From NCBI GenBank assembly GCA_018818125.1, contig JAHISQ010000048.1:10134-74133 (forward strand): a stretch of 64,000 nucleotides of DNA. The letters run 5' to 3'. The notes beneath the pieces are model-generated. The model was not told the origin of the DNA. It ran no database searches and saw only the letters and a list, made by a program, of their open reading frames with translations. Source of the stretch: Candidatus Rifleibacteriota bacterium. Its GTDB lineage: Bacteria > Muiribacteriota > Ozemobacteria > Ozemobacterales > Ozemobacteraceae. Below, piece by piece: positions 1-9,568 of the stretch (its first letter is position 1; each line of letters starts with the position of its first letter). The position numbers were made by a program, and so were the translations under genes.

Positions 1-1
1 T

Positions 2-637
2 TTTGGTGACAATATTCCTCCGATCATTGCCGGAGTCACGACTTCAGTTTCTGACGTCAAGGCTACCATAAGCTGGAATACTGATGAAGTATGTCTGAGT
101 CGCATTGTACTTAGAACTCAGACTGGCGATCGCCTGGAATTTCCGGTCAGCATGACTTACAAGACCAGTCACAAGTATGACTTGACTGGACTTCTTGCTC
201 AGACCATATACACCTATGAAATTATCTGCACTGATAAGAGTGGCAACAAAACCTCATCAACAGCGTTTGGTATTCTAAGTTTTACGACTCTCGAAGCGAT
301 CACTTCTACCGCCGACTCTACTACACCAGTAGATGAGGAGCCGATAGAAGCATTCTTTAAGAACCTGTCGATTCAGAAAGATGGTTCATTTAAGGTGAAA
401 ATCAAGTTTGATCTTGATACCCCTGCTGTCTGCATTGTCTATTTTGTAAGGCCAGAGGATAATACTCTTGCAGATCAGAAGGCTCTCGGCGACGGCAAGC
501 CCATAACTTCTTACAATAGTGAAGTGGTCGGTCTGCAGGCCAACACCTCATATCTTATATTCCTTGAGGGCAAAGATGAGTCTGGCACTGTACATAAGAG
601 TCGCAAGGAGACTATAAAAACTGACCCGTTTAACTGA
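2..637 (+). CDS. Fibronectin type III-like domain protein, 5'-truncated by the window edge
   Basis: The frame is open from position 2 (FGDNIPPIIAGVTTSVSDVKATISWNTDE...). Two FN3-like units are visible (ISWNTDE...LTGLLAQTIYTYEI and VVGLQANTSYLI). Confidence 0.65.
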   Translation, partial: FGDNIPPIIAGVTTSVSDVKATISWNTDEVCLSRIVLRTQTGDRLEFPVSMTYKTSHKYDLTGLLAQTIYTYEIICTDKSGNKTSSTAFGILSFTTLEAITSTADSTTPVDEEPIEAFFKNLSIQKDGSFKVKIKFDLDTPAVCIVYFVRPEDNTLADQKALGDGKPITSYNSEVVGLQANTSYLIFLEGKDESGTVHKSRKETIKTDPFN

Positions 638-658
638 TCTATCTGCCAATCTCCAGAG

Positions 659-694
659 CTGCCGCCTCCAATCGGGGGTGGCAGTTTTTTTTTT
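659..694 (+). terminator. Intrinsic terminator
   Basis: Hairpin CTGCCGCCTCC-AATC-GGGGGTGGCAG followed by T10. Confidence 0.85.
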
Positions 695-719
695 ACCTTT
701 GTCTGATTGTTGCGGCTAC

Positions 720-748
720 TTGAATTGACTGGTTAAATCTGGTATAAA
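720..748 (+). promoter_or_regulatory. Sigma-70-type promoter of accD
   Basis: TTGAAT-N17-TATAAA with an extended -10 TG. Confidence 0.6.
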
Positions 749-792
749 CTGAGCGTATGACTCAGATAAAACTTTATTGGCGGTGGTAAACC

Positions 793-1617
793 ATGGGATG
801 GTTTGACAAACTTACCCGTCCCAGACGGGATGTTCCATCAGATCTCTGGAAAAAATGTACACGATGTGGAGAGGTTCTGCTGATTAAGGATCTCGCCAAA
901 AATCTTTATTTGTGCAGTAAGTGTGATCAACATTTACGCATGCCCCTTTGGGACAGAATAGCTCTGCTCAGCGACGATAACTCATTTGTTGAGGTTAATC
1001 GCGAAATCCGTTCGATAGATCCGCTCAATTTTGTTGATTCGAAGAGCTATGTTGATCGTCTCAAAGAGTCGATTGCAAAAACTGACGTCAATGAAGCGGT
1101 TTCGACTGGACGCGCATCAGTTGAGGGTGTTCCGATTATGCTTGGCGTTATGAATTTTGAGTTCATGGGGGGCAGTATGGGGTCGGTCGTTGGTGAGAAA
1201 CTGACTCGTATTCTTGAAATCGGCGCCAGCGAAAAGTTACCTGTAATTATTGTTTCGGCCAGTGGCGGTGCCCGCATGCAGGAGGGAATATACTCCCTGA
1301 TGCAGATGGGTAAGACTTCTGCCGCAATCAAGCGCCTGAACAGGGTGTCCGTGCCCTACATTTCTGTTATGACTGATCCGACTACCGGTGGAGTATCAGC
1401 CAGCTTTGCCAGTCTAGGCGATGTAAATATTGCCGAGCCTGGAGCGCTGATCGGCTTTGCTGGTCCGAGAGTTATTGAACAGACAATACGTCAGAAACTG
1501 CCAGAAGGCTTTCAGCGTGCCGAGTTTCTGCTCGAACATGGTATGATCGATTGCGTTACTCATCGTCGCGTGCTTAAATCGGTTGTAGCAAGAATCCTTC
1601 GTTATTTGGCTGCTTGA
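793..1617 (+). CDS. accD: Acetyl-CoA carboxylase carboxyltransferase beta subunit
   Basis: Zn ribbon CxxC...CxxC; motifs FMGGSMGSVVGEK, SGGARMQEG, DPTTGGVSASFA, GFAGPRVIEQT. Confidence 0.97.
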   Translation: MGWFDKLTRPRRDVPSDLWKKCTRCGEVLLIKDLAKNLYLCSKCDQHLRMPLWDRIALLSDDNSFVEVNREIRSIDPLNFVDSKSYVDRLKESIAKTDVNEAVSTGRASVEGVPIMLGVMNFEFMGGSMGSVVGEKLTRILEIGASEKLPVIIVSASGGARMQEGIYSLMQMGKTSAAIKRLNRVSVPYISVMTDPTTGGVSASFASLGDVNIAEPGALIGFAGPRVIEQTIRQKLPEGFQRAEFLLEHGMIDCVTHRRVLKSVVARILRYLAA

Positions 1618-1630
1618 GTCTGGAGTTAAC

Positions 1631-2608
1631 ATGGCAAAAGAATTTGAATTCGAAAAATCAATCACTGAACTTGAATCGCGCATAAAAGAACTGCAGATTA
1701 TTTCTGAGTCCGGTAAGGTCGATCTGTCACGCGAAATCCAGACGATTACCGAAAAGGTTGAGGCGCTCAAGGTCGAAGTTTATGGCAGTCTCGAACCATG
1801 GCAGATTGCGCTGGTGGCTCGCCACATCAACCGTCCTTCGACTCTTGATCTGATTAAACTGTTATGTGGCGATGAATTTGTTGAGCTGCACGGTGACCGA
1901 CTTTTTGGCGATGATCCGGCCCTGGTTTCCGGACTTGGGCGCATTGGCAGTCATAAAGTAATGTTTATCGGTCATCAGAAGGGTCATGATACCGACGAAA
2001 ATATTTACCGAAACTTTGGCATGCCGCACCCAGAAGGCTACCGCAAGGCCCTGCGCATGATGAAAACCGCTGAGCGTTTTGGTTTGCCTATCGTGATCTT
2101 TATTGACACCCCCGGCGCATTTCCTGGAATTGGTGCAGAAGAACGTGGGCAGAGCGACGCCATTGCCCGCAATCTGGCTGAGATGTCAGATGTAAGAGTT
2201 CCGATTATCTGCTTCATTACTGGTGAAGGCGGTAGTGGTGGTGCTCTGGCCATCGGCATAGGAGACCGGGTTTTCATGTTCGAATTCTCGGTGTATTCGG
2301 TTATTTCGGCCGAGGGCTGTGCTGCTATTCTCTGGAACGATCCAAGCAAGGCCAAAGAAGCCGCCACCGCTCTCAAACTACGCGCGACGAACCTGCTCGA
2401 AGCTGGGATTATCGATGGCATACTTCCTGAGCCACTTGGAGGAGCTCATCGAAATCATCAACGGTCCGCAGAAGAAATTGTCAAACAGATTGAGGCTCAT
2501 CTGCCGATACTTAAGAGTATGAGCAGAGAAGAATTGATTGAACAACGCTATAAAAAGTTTCGCAGTATCGGCAGATTTAGCTGCGAAGAGGAGCTTGAAA
2601 ATGCCTAA
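1631..2608 (+). CDS. accA: Acetyl-CoA carboxylase carboxyltransferase alpha subunit
   Basis: Motifs [48 protein letters not shown]. Confidence 0.97.
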   Translation: MAKEFEFEKSITELESRIKELQIISESGKVDLSREIQTITEKVEALKVEVYGSLEPWQIALVARHINRPSTLDLIKLLCGDEFVELHGDRLFGDDPALVSGLGRIGSHKVMFIGHQKGHDTDENIYRNFGMPHPEGYRKALRMMKTAERFGLPIVIFIDTPGAFPGIGAEERGQSDAIARNLAEMSDVRVPIICFITGEGGSGGALAIGIGDRVFMFEFSVYSVISAEGCAAILWNDPSKAKEAATALKLRATNLLEAGIIDGILPEPLGGAHRNHQRSAEEIVKQIEAHLPILKSMSREELIEQRYKKFRSIGRFSCEEELENA

Positions 2609-3596
2609 GACTGTTAAGGCAGGCGACAACAAAGGCAAGGGCGACCACGTAGAGAACAAAAAAAAGGTCGCTGTCGAAGACATTAAGGTCGCTTCACCTT
2701 ATCGTAAGCGCGCAGAGGAAGATGTGGTTCTTGATCATCAGGATGAGCGTGAACGCCGTAAGGAAGAGGCTATTTTTGACGATTCAGTAAAGTTGTACCT
2801 GCAGCAGCTGACCAAGCTTCATTTGGCTACTCATGCGCAGGAGCGTGAGTTTGCCCGCAGAATTCTTGAAAACGATCAGGACGCGCGTGACGCTCTGATT
2901 ACCGCTAATTTGCGGTTGGTTGTCAGCATTGCCAAAAAATATACAAACCGTGGTCTGCTCTTTCTTGATCTGATTCAGGAAGGCAATCTCGGTCTGCTGC
3001 GTTCTATCGACAAGTTCGATTACACCCTTGGTTACAAGTTTTCGACCTATTCGACCTGGTGGATTCGCCAGTCTATAACCCGCGCCCTCGCGGAACAGTC
3101 AAGGGTTATCCGAATTCCCGTTCATATCATGGAAATCGTTAACAAGGTCAGAAAACAACAGCGCATTTTTGTTCAGGAAAAAGGTCGCGAGCCGACGATC
3201 GAAGAACTCTCAGAAAAAGTTGACCTGCCCATCGAAAGAATCGAAGAAGTTGTGCGCCTTACTCAGGAGCCTGTTTCTCTCGAAATTTCTGTCGGCAATA
3301 AAGAAGATACTTCGCTCGAAAACTATATTACAAATGATGATGCAGTCAGTCCGGAAGAAGCCGTCGTAGACTCGCTTCTGCGCGACCAGATCAGCCGCGT
3401 TCTTGACCTGCTCAGCGAGCGCGAACAGAACGTGATAAAGCTCCGATTTGGCCTGGAAGACGGTATACCCCGGTCTCTTGAAGAGATCGGTCGCATTCTT
3501 GGCGTTACCCGCGAGCGCGTGCGTCAGGTTGAAGAAAAGGCTCTCAAAAAACTGCGCAATTCATCACCTAAACTCCAGGACTACTACAACCGCTGA
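2601..3596 (+). CDS. RpoD/RpoS-family sigma-70 factor, probably group 2
   Basis: Region 1.2 DSVKLYL; region 2 [13 protein letters not shown]...[10 protein letters not shown]...[12 protein letters not shown]; region 4 [17 protein letters not shown]. Start moved to ATG 2601 after GAGGAG. Confidence 0.9.
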   Translation: MPKTVKAGDNKGKGDHVENKKKVAVEDIKVASPYRKRAEEDVVLDHQDERERRKEEAIFDDSVKLYLQQLTKLHLATHAQEREFARRILENDQDARDALITANLRLVVSIAKKYTNRGLLFLDLIQEGNLGLLRSIDKFDYTLGYKFSTYSTWWIRQSITRALAEQSRVIRIPVHIMEIVNKVRKQQRIFVQEKGREPTIEELSEKVDLPIERIEEVVRLTQEPVSLEISVGNKEDTSLENYITNDDAVSPEEAVVDSLLRDQISRVLDLLSEREQNVIKLRFGLEDGIPRSLEEIGRILGVTRERVRQVEEKALKKLRNSSPKLQDYYNR

Positions 3597-3633
3597 TCAC
3601 GATCCTTTTAATTGTGGTTATTTTTGATTTTCC

Positions 3634-3670
3634 AGACCGTTAAGGTAGCTTGCCTATACGGTCTTTTTTT
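3634..3670 (+). terminator. Intrinsic terminator after the sigma gene
   Basis: Stem AGACCGT...ACGGTCT followed by a T-run. Confidence 0.7.
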
Positions 3671-3676
3671 CGGCCA

Positions 3677-3714
3677 ATCAATCCCAGGTCTTAAAGAGAT
3701 CGTCAGTTCCAGGG
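3677..3714. repeat. 38-bp direct repeat, left copy (remnant of the 3' end of gene 6229..7182)
   Basis: ATCAATCCCAGGTCTTAAAGAGATCGTCAGTTCCAGGG, 36/38 identical to 6228..6265; reads PGTDDLFKTWD* on the minus strand. Confidence 0.9.
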
Positions 3715-3993
3715 TTGCCGCAGACAACGAACGATTCTGCAAGCTGTGCTCATCTGCAATTTTCAAAGTCCCTTGTCTTTCAGTTTCAACAGAAAGCTAT
3801 TTTAGTTTCGGAAGCAAGCAATGTTTTAGCTTATAAATGACTCAGAGAAGCTGACGTGGTAAAATTCATTTTGTTTAAAGTTTTGGACAACGGACAGGTG
3901 GGCATTTTTTTGAGGGAGCTTTTAATCGCAAGGCTGAGGATGCTGAGTTCCCATGCGTTTCTACTATGATTTTGTTCATGGCAGGAGAGCCAG

Positions 3994-5997
3994 ATGAAAG
4001 AGACATCTCTAACTAATCAAGAACTGCTCGATGAGAATTCCCGCCTGACGCGGAGAATTCAGGAACTGCAACAGGCATACGATAATATGGCGGCGGGAAC
4101 AAAGGAGCTGCAGCACAGCGAAGAGAAATATCGATTGCTTTTTGCCAGCGCCGGCGACGCGATTTTCGTCAACGATGAGCAAACCCGAATATTGGCAGCC
4201 AATCCCTTTGCCTGTGAGCTCCTTGGCTACACACACGCAGAGATGATGCTCATGAATGCCTCACAAGTCGACTCAAAAGCGGAATATGGGAAGGCATCAT
4301 TTCGAGCTGCCCGGTTGATGGAGTTAGGGAGTCTCACGTTTGAAACTGAGCATCAGCGCAAGGACGGCTCCTTAGTGCCAACCGAGGTGACTGCGCGGCT
4401 TATTTCCTGGGAGGGTAAACCAGCGATAATGAGTATTTGCCGCGACCTGACCGAACGCAAACAAGTGGAAAGGGCGCTTGCCGCAGAGAAAGAGCGTCTG
4501 GCAGTAACTCTGCGAAGCATCGGTGACGGAGTCATCACGACCGATACGCAGGGCAATGTCGTCATTATGAATGAAGTGGCTGAAAAGTTTACCGGCTGGT
4601 TGCAGAGCGAAGCGCAAGGCAAAACACTGACCACGGTTTTTCGCATCATCAACGAGGGAACTCGTCTGCCTTGCGAGAATCCGGCAGAAAAAGTCCTGAC
4701 GACCGGCGGAATCATTGAACTTGCCAATCACACCCTTCTCGTTTCACGAGATGGCACGGAGCGGATTATCAGTGACAGCGGCGCACCCATCATGGGCCAG
4801 GACGGTGTAATTATTGGCGTGGTATTGGTGTTCCGTGATATGACTGAAAAGCAGAAGCTTTTTACCGATATTCAGCGCGCGGACAAGCTTGACTCTCTCG
4901 GTGTTCTTGCCGGCGGCATCGCCCATGACTTCAATAATTTGCTTGCCGGAATCTTCGGTTACATCGACCTCGCCTTGGCGAGCACGACCGACGCAAAGAT
5001 CACAGGGTATCTCGATAAAGCAATGTCCGTATTCAGTCGCGCCAAAGACCTTACCCAACAACTTCTCACGTTCTCCAAAGGTGGAGCTCCACAGCGTAAA
5101 AAGTCTGAATTAGGCTCTCTTATCAGGGACTGTGCATCGTTCGCCCTTTCGGGTTCCAACGTTGCCTGTGATTATGTCATTGATAAAGACCTCTGGCTTG
5201 CCGATTTCGATAAGAACCAGATCGGGCAGGTAATAGACAATCTCGTGATCAATGCCCAGCATGCTATGCCCATGGGTGGCAGAATCGTTATCTCCGCGAA
5301 AAATTTCGTCATAAAAGATGGCGAGAATCCGCTTCTCAAAGCCGGAATGTTTATCAAGCTGTCAATAGCCGATACCGGAATCGGTATTCAGCCTGATCTG
5401 CTCAAGCGCATCTTTGATCCATTCTTTACGACCAAGCAGAAAGGGCATGGATTGGGCTTGGCAACGTGCTACGCCATTGTTCAGAAACACGATGGCTGTA
5501 TCGAAGTGGAATCCGTGATGGGCAAAGGATCAACGTTTCATGTGTTCCTGCCCGCTTCGCAACAGGAAACCGAGCAGTCCGTTTCCCAAATATCGATTTC
5601 GCATAAAGGCAGTGGCAGAATATTGATCATGGATGACGAGCCTTCCATCAAGGATATTCTCGGCTACTTACTCAAGGAAATGGGCTATACAATTCTCGAA
5701 GCGAAAGATGGGGAAGAAGCTTTGCGGCTTTTTGCGGAGGCCGCGAGTAAAGGCACGCCCATTGACGGGGCATTTTTTGATCTGACCATTCCGGGCGGCA
5801 TGGGCGGCAAAGAGACGATTGTACAACTCCGGAAGCAGTATCCCAACATACCGGTCTACGCTTCAAGCGGGTATTCAGAAAATCCTGTCATGGCTAGACC
5901 CACCGAATACGGCTTCACCGACAGCCTTCGCAAACCCTACCGAAAAGATGAGCTGGCCGCCATGTTGAACCGGCACGCCTCGAAGGATGTTATCTAG
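3994..5997 (+). CDS. Cytoplasmic hybrid sensor histidine kinase (PAS-PAS-HisKA-HATPase-REC)
   Basis: Two PAS/PAC units; H-box LAGGIAHDFNN; DTGIGI; FDPFFTTK; GLGLA; receiver MDDE...DLTIPG; RBS GGAG. Confidence 0.95.
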   Translation: MKETSLTNQELLDENSRLTRRIQELQQAYDNMAAGTKELQHSEEKYRLLFASAGDAIFVNDEQTRILAANPFACELLGYTHAEMMLMNASQVDSKAEYGKASFRAARLMELGSLTFETEHQRKDGSLVPTEVTARLISWEGKPAIMSICRDLTERKQVERALAAEKERLAVTLRSIGDGVITTDTQGNVVIMNEVAEKFTGWLQSEAQGKTLTTVFRIINEGTRLPCENPAEKVLTTGGIIELANHTLLVSRDGTERIISDSGAPIMGQDGVIIGVVLVFRDMTEKQKLFTDIQRADKLDSLGVLAGGIAHDFNNLLAGIFGYIDLALASTTDAKITGYLDKAMSVFSRAKDLTQQLLTFSKGGAPQRKKSELGSLIRDCASFALSGSNVACDYVIDKDLWLADFDKNQIGQVIDNLVINAQHAMPMGGRIVISAKNFVIKDGENPLLKAGMFIKLSIADTGIGIQPDLLKRIFDPFFTTKQKGHGLGLATCYAIVQKHDGCIEVESVMGKGSTFHVFLPASQQETEQSVSQISISHKGSGRILIMDDEPSIKDILGYLLKEMGYTILEAKDGEEALRLFAEAASKGTPIDGAFFDLTIPGGMGGKETIVQLRKQYPNIPVYASSGYSENPVMARPTEYGFTDSLRKPYRKDELAAMLNRHASKDVI

Positions 5998-6000
5998 GCC

Positions 6001-6065
6001 GCAGGAATATTGGCATTGTCTGCAGGGATATTGTCATTATATATGACCGCAGGGATATATTTCAC
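6001..6065. repeat. Three short direct repeats GCAGGRATAT
   Basis: GCAGGAATATTGGCATT at 6001, GCAGGGATATTGTCATT at 6022, GCAGGGATATATTTCAC at 6049. Confidence 0.6.
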
Positions 6066-6075
6066 TAACAAACAC

Positions 6076-6137
6076 AGATTCCTCACGTTCGTTCGGAATG
6101 ACAACTAATTTGTCATCTCGACCGCAGGGAGAGATCT
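6076..6137. repeat. Inverted pair of REP/RPE-like palindromic units (GTCAT...ATCT type)
   Basis: Reverse complement of 6076..6103 is TGTCATTCCGAACGAACGTGAGGAATCT; 6111..6137 is TGTCATCTCGACCGCAGGGAGAGATCT. Confidence 0.65.
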
Positions 6138-6227
6138 CGTATTCTTTGCGTCTTTGTACTCGGCGCGAGATACGCAGCCAGCGTCCGCAAATGGGCAACG
6201 CCATCGGGAGCATATCTACGATTTTTC

Positions 6228-6265
6228 ATCAATCCCAGATCTTAAAGAGGTCGTCAGTTCCAGGG
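6228..6265. repeat. 38-bp direct repeat, right copy (true 3' end of gene 6229..7182)
   Basis: ATCAATCCCAGATCTTAAAGAGGTCGTCAGTTCCAGGG; encodes PGTDDLFKIWD* on the minus strand. Confidence 0.9.
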
Positions 6266-7182
6266 GGTGGGGGCTCCAACGTTGTTGGTGCAACTGGCTT
6301 AACTGGTTGATCTCCCTCTTCGCCCGTTGGCTCCAAAGGTTCAGATGTCGCTTTCTCAGGCTCCTCAGACATTTCGGCAAGCTTGTCTAATGCTGCCAAC
6401 GGGTCTTCTGGCTCAGTCGGTGCAGCGCCTATCGTTACATCGCTAAAAACCGGTGCGGTGAAAGTCGGCTGCAGAAAATCTTTCAGCCCAACTGCGAATT
6501 GCTTTTTGCTGCCGCTTTCGAGAAAAGCGCTTATTATTCTGGCGGTTGGGTCAGATGGAAAAAGAGCCGAAAACGAGCTCAGATAATAGTCGAACAGTCT
6601 GTATTCTTCGTCAGACAGTTTTTTTGCCGCGCGCTGCAGTCGTCCCGAAAGATCGAGATCGCGCTTTGCGTCGAGACGCAGGCTTTTTAGTAGAACTTCG
6701 TGGAAAGCCTTGCGGTAATCAACCGCAATTACGCTGACCAGTCCTGGCATTGCTGTTTGCAGAGGCATAATCGACCAGATTTCAGGGCGGTGCTGTTTAA
6801 AAAGAATGCCAAAGCGGCCGCTGCCATAGTGTTTGGCAACACTGTAGATTTCCTGAATTTCATCGATTAGAACATAGATTTTGTGATGGATTGCCCAGAT
6901 CTGTTCTTCTGCTTTGGGCACCGAGTTAGCGCCGAACGGCATGAAAGCGAACGGAGATGTCACCCGTTCGATCAAAACCTCATCCGACCTCAGCGATGAC
7001 ATGGCGCGGGCTTCGTTATTCAGTAGCCACAACTTAAACCGTGAAGTTATATCGAAAGGTCGTGCATTTTGGGCCGAAACCTCAATCATCGGGAGAAGAA
7101 GCAATACAATCAATGCAGTCAGAATTCCTGCATGAACTACTGGCAGTCGACTGTTTATCCTTTCCATATTTTCAGTCCTCAC
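6229..7182 (-). CDS. Hypothetical exported protein with a Pro/Glu-rich C-terminal tail
   Basis: 317-aa ORF with a signal-like hydrophobic N-terminus; overlaps the stop of the upstream gene. Confidence 0.75.
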   Translation of the reverse strand: MRTENMERINSRLPVVHAGILTALIVLLLLPMIEVSAQNARPFDITSRFKLWLLNNEARAMSSLRSDEVLIERVTSPFAFMPFGANSVPKAEEQIWAIHHKIYVLIDEIQEIYSVAKHYGSGRFGILFKQHRPEIWSIMPLQTAMPGLVSVIAVDYRKAFHEVLLKSLRLDAKRDLDLSGRLQRAAKKLSDEEYRLFDYYLSSFSALFPSDPTARIISAFLESGSKKQFAVGLKDFLQPTFTAPVFSDVTIGAAPTEPEDPLAALDKLAEMSEEPEKATSEPLEPTGEEGDQPVKPVAPTTLEPPPPGTDDLFKIWD

Positions 7183-7876
7183 TTGTGCCCAAGGTCAGAA
7201 CACCGGTGTTTTGGTGTTCAAACTGCCATAAATCTCGTGCTACCGCCATTTCACGGTTGGCAAGAACGAAGCTATAGCCGCTTATCCATTCAGCCTGCTG
7301 CAGCACGCCTTCTCCAAAGTCAAAAATTGCCCGGCCCTTGAGATTGAACTCCTTGCGGCGCATACGGTCCTCTGGCAGCTTGATGGTAAGGGTGAAGAGT
7401 ATTTCTGCGCTTTGTTTCTCGCTGTTGATTGATTTGAGCAGCAGATTCCATACCACAGGCACTGATGTGGCACCAATTGTCAGGACTTGCTGAACTTGAT
7501 GACGTTCCGAAACCTTCCAGTCACCTTCTGGAAATGTCAGCAGAAAGGGCACTGATCGCCCGGTTTCGCCCGGTGCGCCAGACAAAGCTCCATTGCTTCG
7601 AATGTAGCGCCGATATGTGCCCTCTGAACTTACTACATCTATAATGTATGCGCCTTCCTGAAAGTCGATGGCGCGCAGAGTGAATTTTCTGGAGGTCTTA
7701 GATGGACTCCGGGTGGAGTTTACTGTGAACGCTGTCACCTTTGACGATTCAGTCAGCGTGTAATCATATTCATAGGTGCTGCCAGTTCTGAATTTGTATT
7801 TAAGCTCAACCGCGCCCAGGCTGAACGGAAGCATGCCCAGAATCAGAAACAGAAGTGCCGAACATTTCACTCTCAT
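7172..7876 (-). CDS. Hypothetical exported beta-rich protein
   Basis: Signal peptide then AVELKYKF...; RBS GGAGGG before ATG 7876. Confidence 0.75.
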   Translation of the reverse strand: MRVKCSALLFLILGMLPFSLGAVELKYKFRTGSTYEYDYTLTESSKVTAFTVNSTRSPSKTSRKFTLRAIDFQEGAYIIDVVSSEGTYRRYIRSNGALSGAPGETGRSVPFLLTFPEGDWKVSERHQVQQVLTIGATSVPVVWNLLLKSINSEKQSAEILFTLTIKLPEDRMRRKEFNLKGRAIFDFGEGVLQQAEWISGYSFVLANREMAVARDLWQFEHQNTGVLTLGTSED

Positions 7877-7902
7877 TTTGCCCTCCTGACAGTTACACTT
7901 CA

Positions 7903-9552
7903 TCAGTCCGACTGGTTGTCGGAACTATCTGTAACTTCGGTTGCTATTGTTTTTTCAGTCTCGGTTGGTTCCACTTCTGACTCATCTTCTGGCCTTGTCT
8001 CTACGGCAATATTTTTCTGAACCGGGTTGTTTCCTCTTGCGGGAGCCCTGTCGTTTCGCGCCGGCTTCTCAGGTCTATTATTGCTACGTTCCATTACCGG
8101 CTCAATTTTGAAGGAGTCGATGTCAAACCCGTTAAGTGGCTTTAGAATCAGTTTTCTGCGCGTTGCTTGTTCGAGGTCTTTCAAATCCCGGTTGTCTCGG
8201 CCTCGCAGCCTGTCAATTACCGTACGGTGTGCACTAATTGTAATTTTTTCGGTCTGATAGCGCTTTGCTTCTTCGGACAACTGTTTGCGGATGGTGTTGG
8301 CTACTGTGCCGGAAGAAACAACCTTGCCAGCGCCTTGGCAGCAGGGACATTCTTCCTTGCGAATTTCGTCAAGGCTGGATGAGGTGCGACGTCTGGTCAT
8401 TTGCACAAGCCCGAGTTCTGAAAAATCCAGAACGTTTGGTTTGTTGCGGTCGCCTCTAAAGTATTCGCGCAGAGATTTAAGCACCTGCGAGCGGTGCGAC
8501 GGCGCTTCCATGTCAATAAAATCTATAATTATCATGCCCGAAAGATTGCGCAGCCTGATTTGTCTGGCGATTTCTCTGGCAGCTTCAAGATTAACCCTGA
8601 AAACGGTTTCTTCGAGATCAGAACCGCCTGAAAAACGACCGCTGTTAACATCTATACAATACATCGCTTCGGTTTTGTCGATAAAAATGTAACCGCCAGA
8701 CTCCAGCCATATTTTGCGTGACAGGGCTCTCTCGATCTCTTTTTCAATGCCAAATTTATCGAAGAGAGGTTCACTGCCTTTGTAAAGTTCGAGTGAAGCG
8801 CGCTGTAAAGGTGTTAGAAATTCACAGTCTTCCATGATCGAGCGATAGGCCTCTTCTGAGTCGATAATCATTTCTTCGACGTCATCAGAAAAGAAATCCC
8901 GTGCAATCTTCATCGGCAGAGGAATATCGCGGTGCAGCATAGTGCGCGGAGGTGCGCCGTTGATCTTTTTTTCGACCTTGTTCCACATTTTGACCAGTAG
9001 ATCAAGATCTGCTTTGAGAACATTCTCTTCAAGGCCTTCTGAAGCTGTTCGAAAAACTACTCCGCTGCCTTTGGGCGCAATTTTTCGGCCGATAGTTCTG
9101 AGGCGATCACGTTCGCGATCGTGCTGTATACGTCGTGAAACCCCTATGTGGTCAACTTTTGGCATAAATACCAGGTAACGCCCCGGGAAAGATATGGTCA
9201 TGGTGGAGCGTGGCCCTTTGGTGGGGGTCGGCTCTTTAAGAATCTGTAATACCACGTCTTGCCCGACTTTTAGTGTGTCCTGGATTGGACTGCGATAGAT
9301 ATCCTTGAGGTCATCATCGCCTTCGCCGCTGTCGACGCCGGTAAGAGTTAAATATGCGTCCTTGTGAATGCCTATATCAACAAACGCACTCTGTGTGCCT
9401 GCCACTACATTTGCTACACGCCCCTTGTAAACGCAGCCAACGATTTTTTCGCTGTCCTGAATTTCATAAAGCAGCTCGCAGAGCTTTCCGTTTTCAATAA
9501 TTGCTCCCCGTGATTCGTAGGGGCCAATGTTTACTAATATTTTTCGACTCAA
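7903..9552 (-). CDS. rng: Rne/Rng family ribonuclease (RNase G/E)
   Basis: S1 domain (YKGRVANV...AFVDIG); motifs IDVNSGR, EIARQIRLRNLSGMIIIDFIDM; Zn-link CPCCQG. Confidence 0.92.
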   Translation of the reverse strand: MSRKILVNIGPYESRGAIIENGKLCELLYEIQDSEKIVGCVYKGRVANVVAGTQSAFVDIGIHKDAYLTLTGVDSGEGDDDLKDIYRSPIQDTLKVGQDVVLQILKEPTPTKGPRSTMTISFPGRYLVFMPKVDHIGVSRRIQHDRERDRLRTIGRKIAPKGSGVVFRTASEGLEENVLKADLDLLVKMWNKVEKKINGAPPRTMLHRDIPLPMKIARDFFSDDVEEMIIDSEEAYRSIMEDCEFLTPLQRASLELYKGSEPLFDKFGIEKEIERALSRKIWLESGGYIFIDKTEAMYCIDVNSGRFSGGSDLEETVFRVNLEAAREIARQIRLRNLSGMIIIDFIDMEAPSHRSQVLKSLREYFRGDRNKPNVLDFSELGLVQMTRRRTSSSLDEIRKEECPCCQGAGKVVSSGTVANTIRKQLSEEAKRYQTEKITISAHRTVIDRLRGRDNRDLKDLEQATRRKLILKPLNGFDIDSFKIEPVMERSNNRPEKPARNDRAPARGNNPVQKNIAVETRPEDESEVEPTETEKTIATEVTDSSDNQSD

Positions 9553-9568
9553 TTGGTCTGTCTCCTGT

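Noticed and set aside
6045-6073. Resemblance of GCAGGGATATAT...AAAC to a T-DNA border or IncP oriT nick site
   Set aside because: An extra G breaks the CAGGATAT core, and there is no relaxase or T4SS gene in the window.
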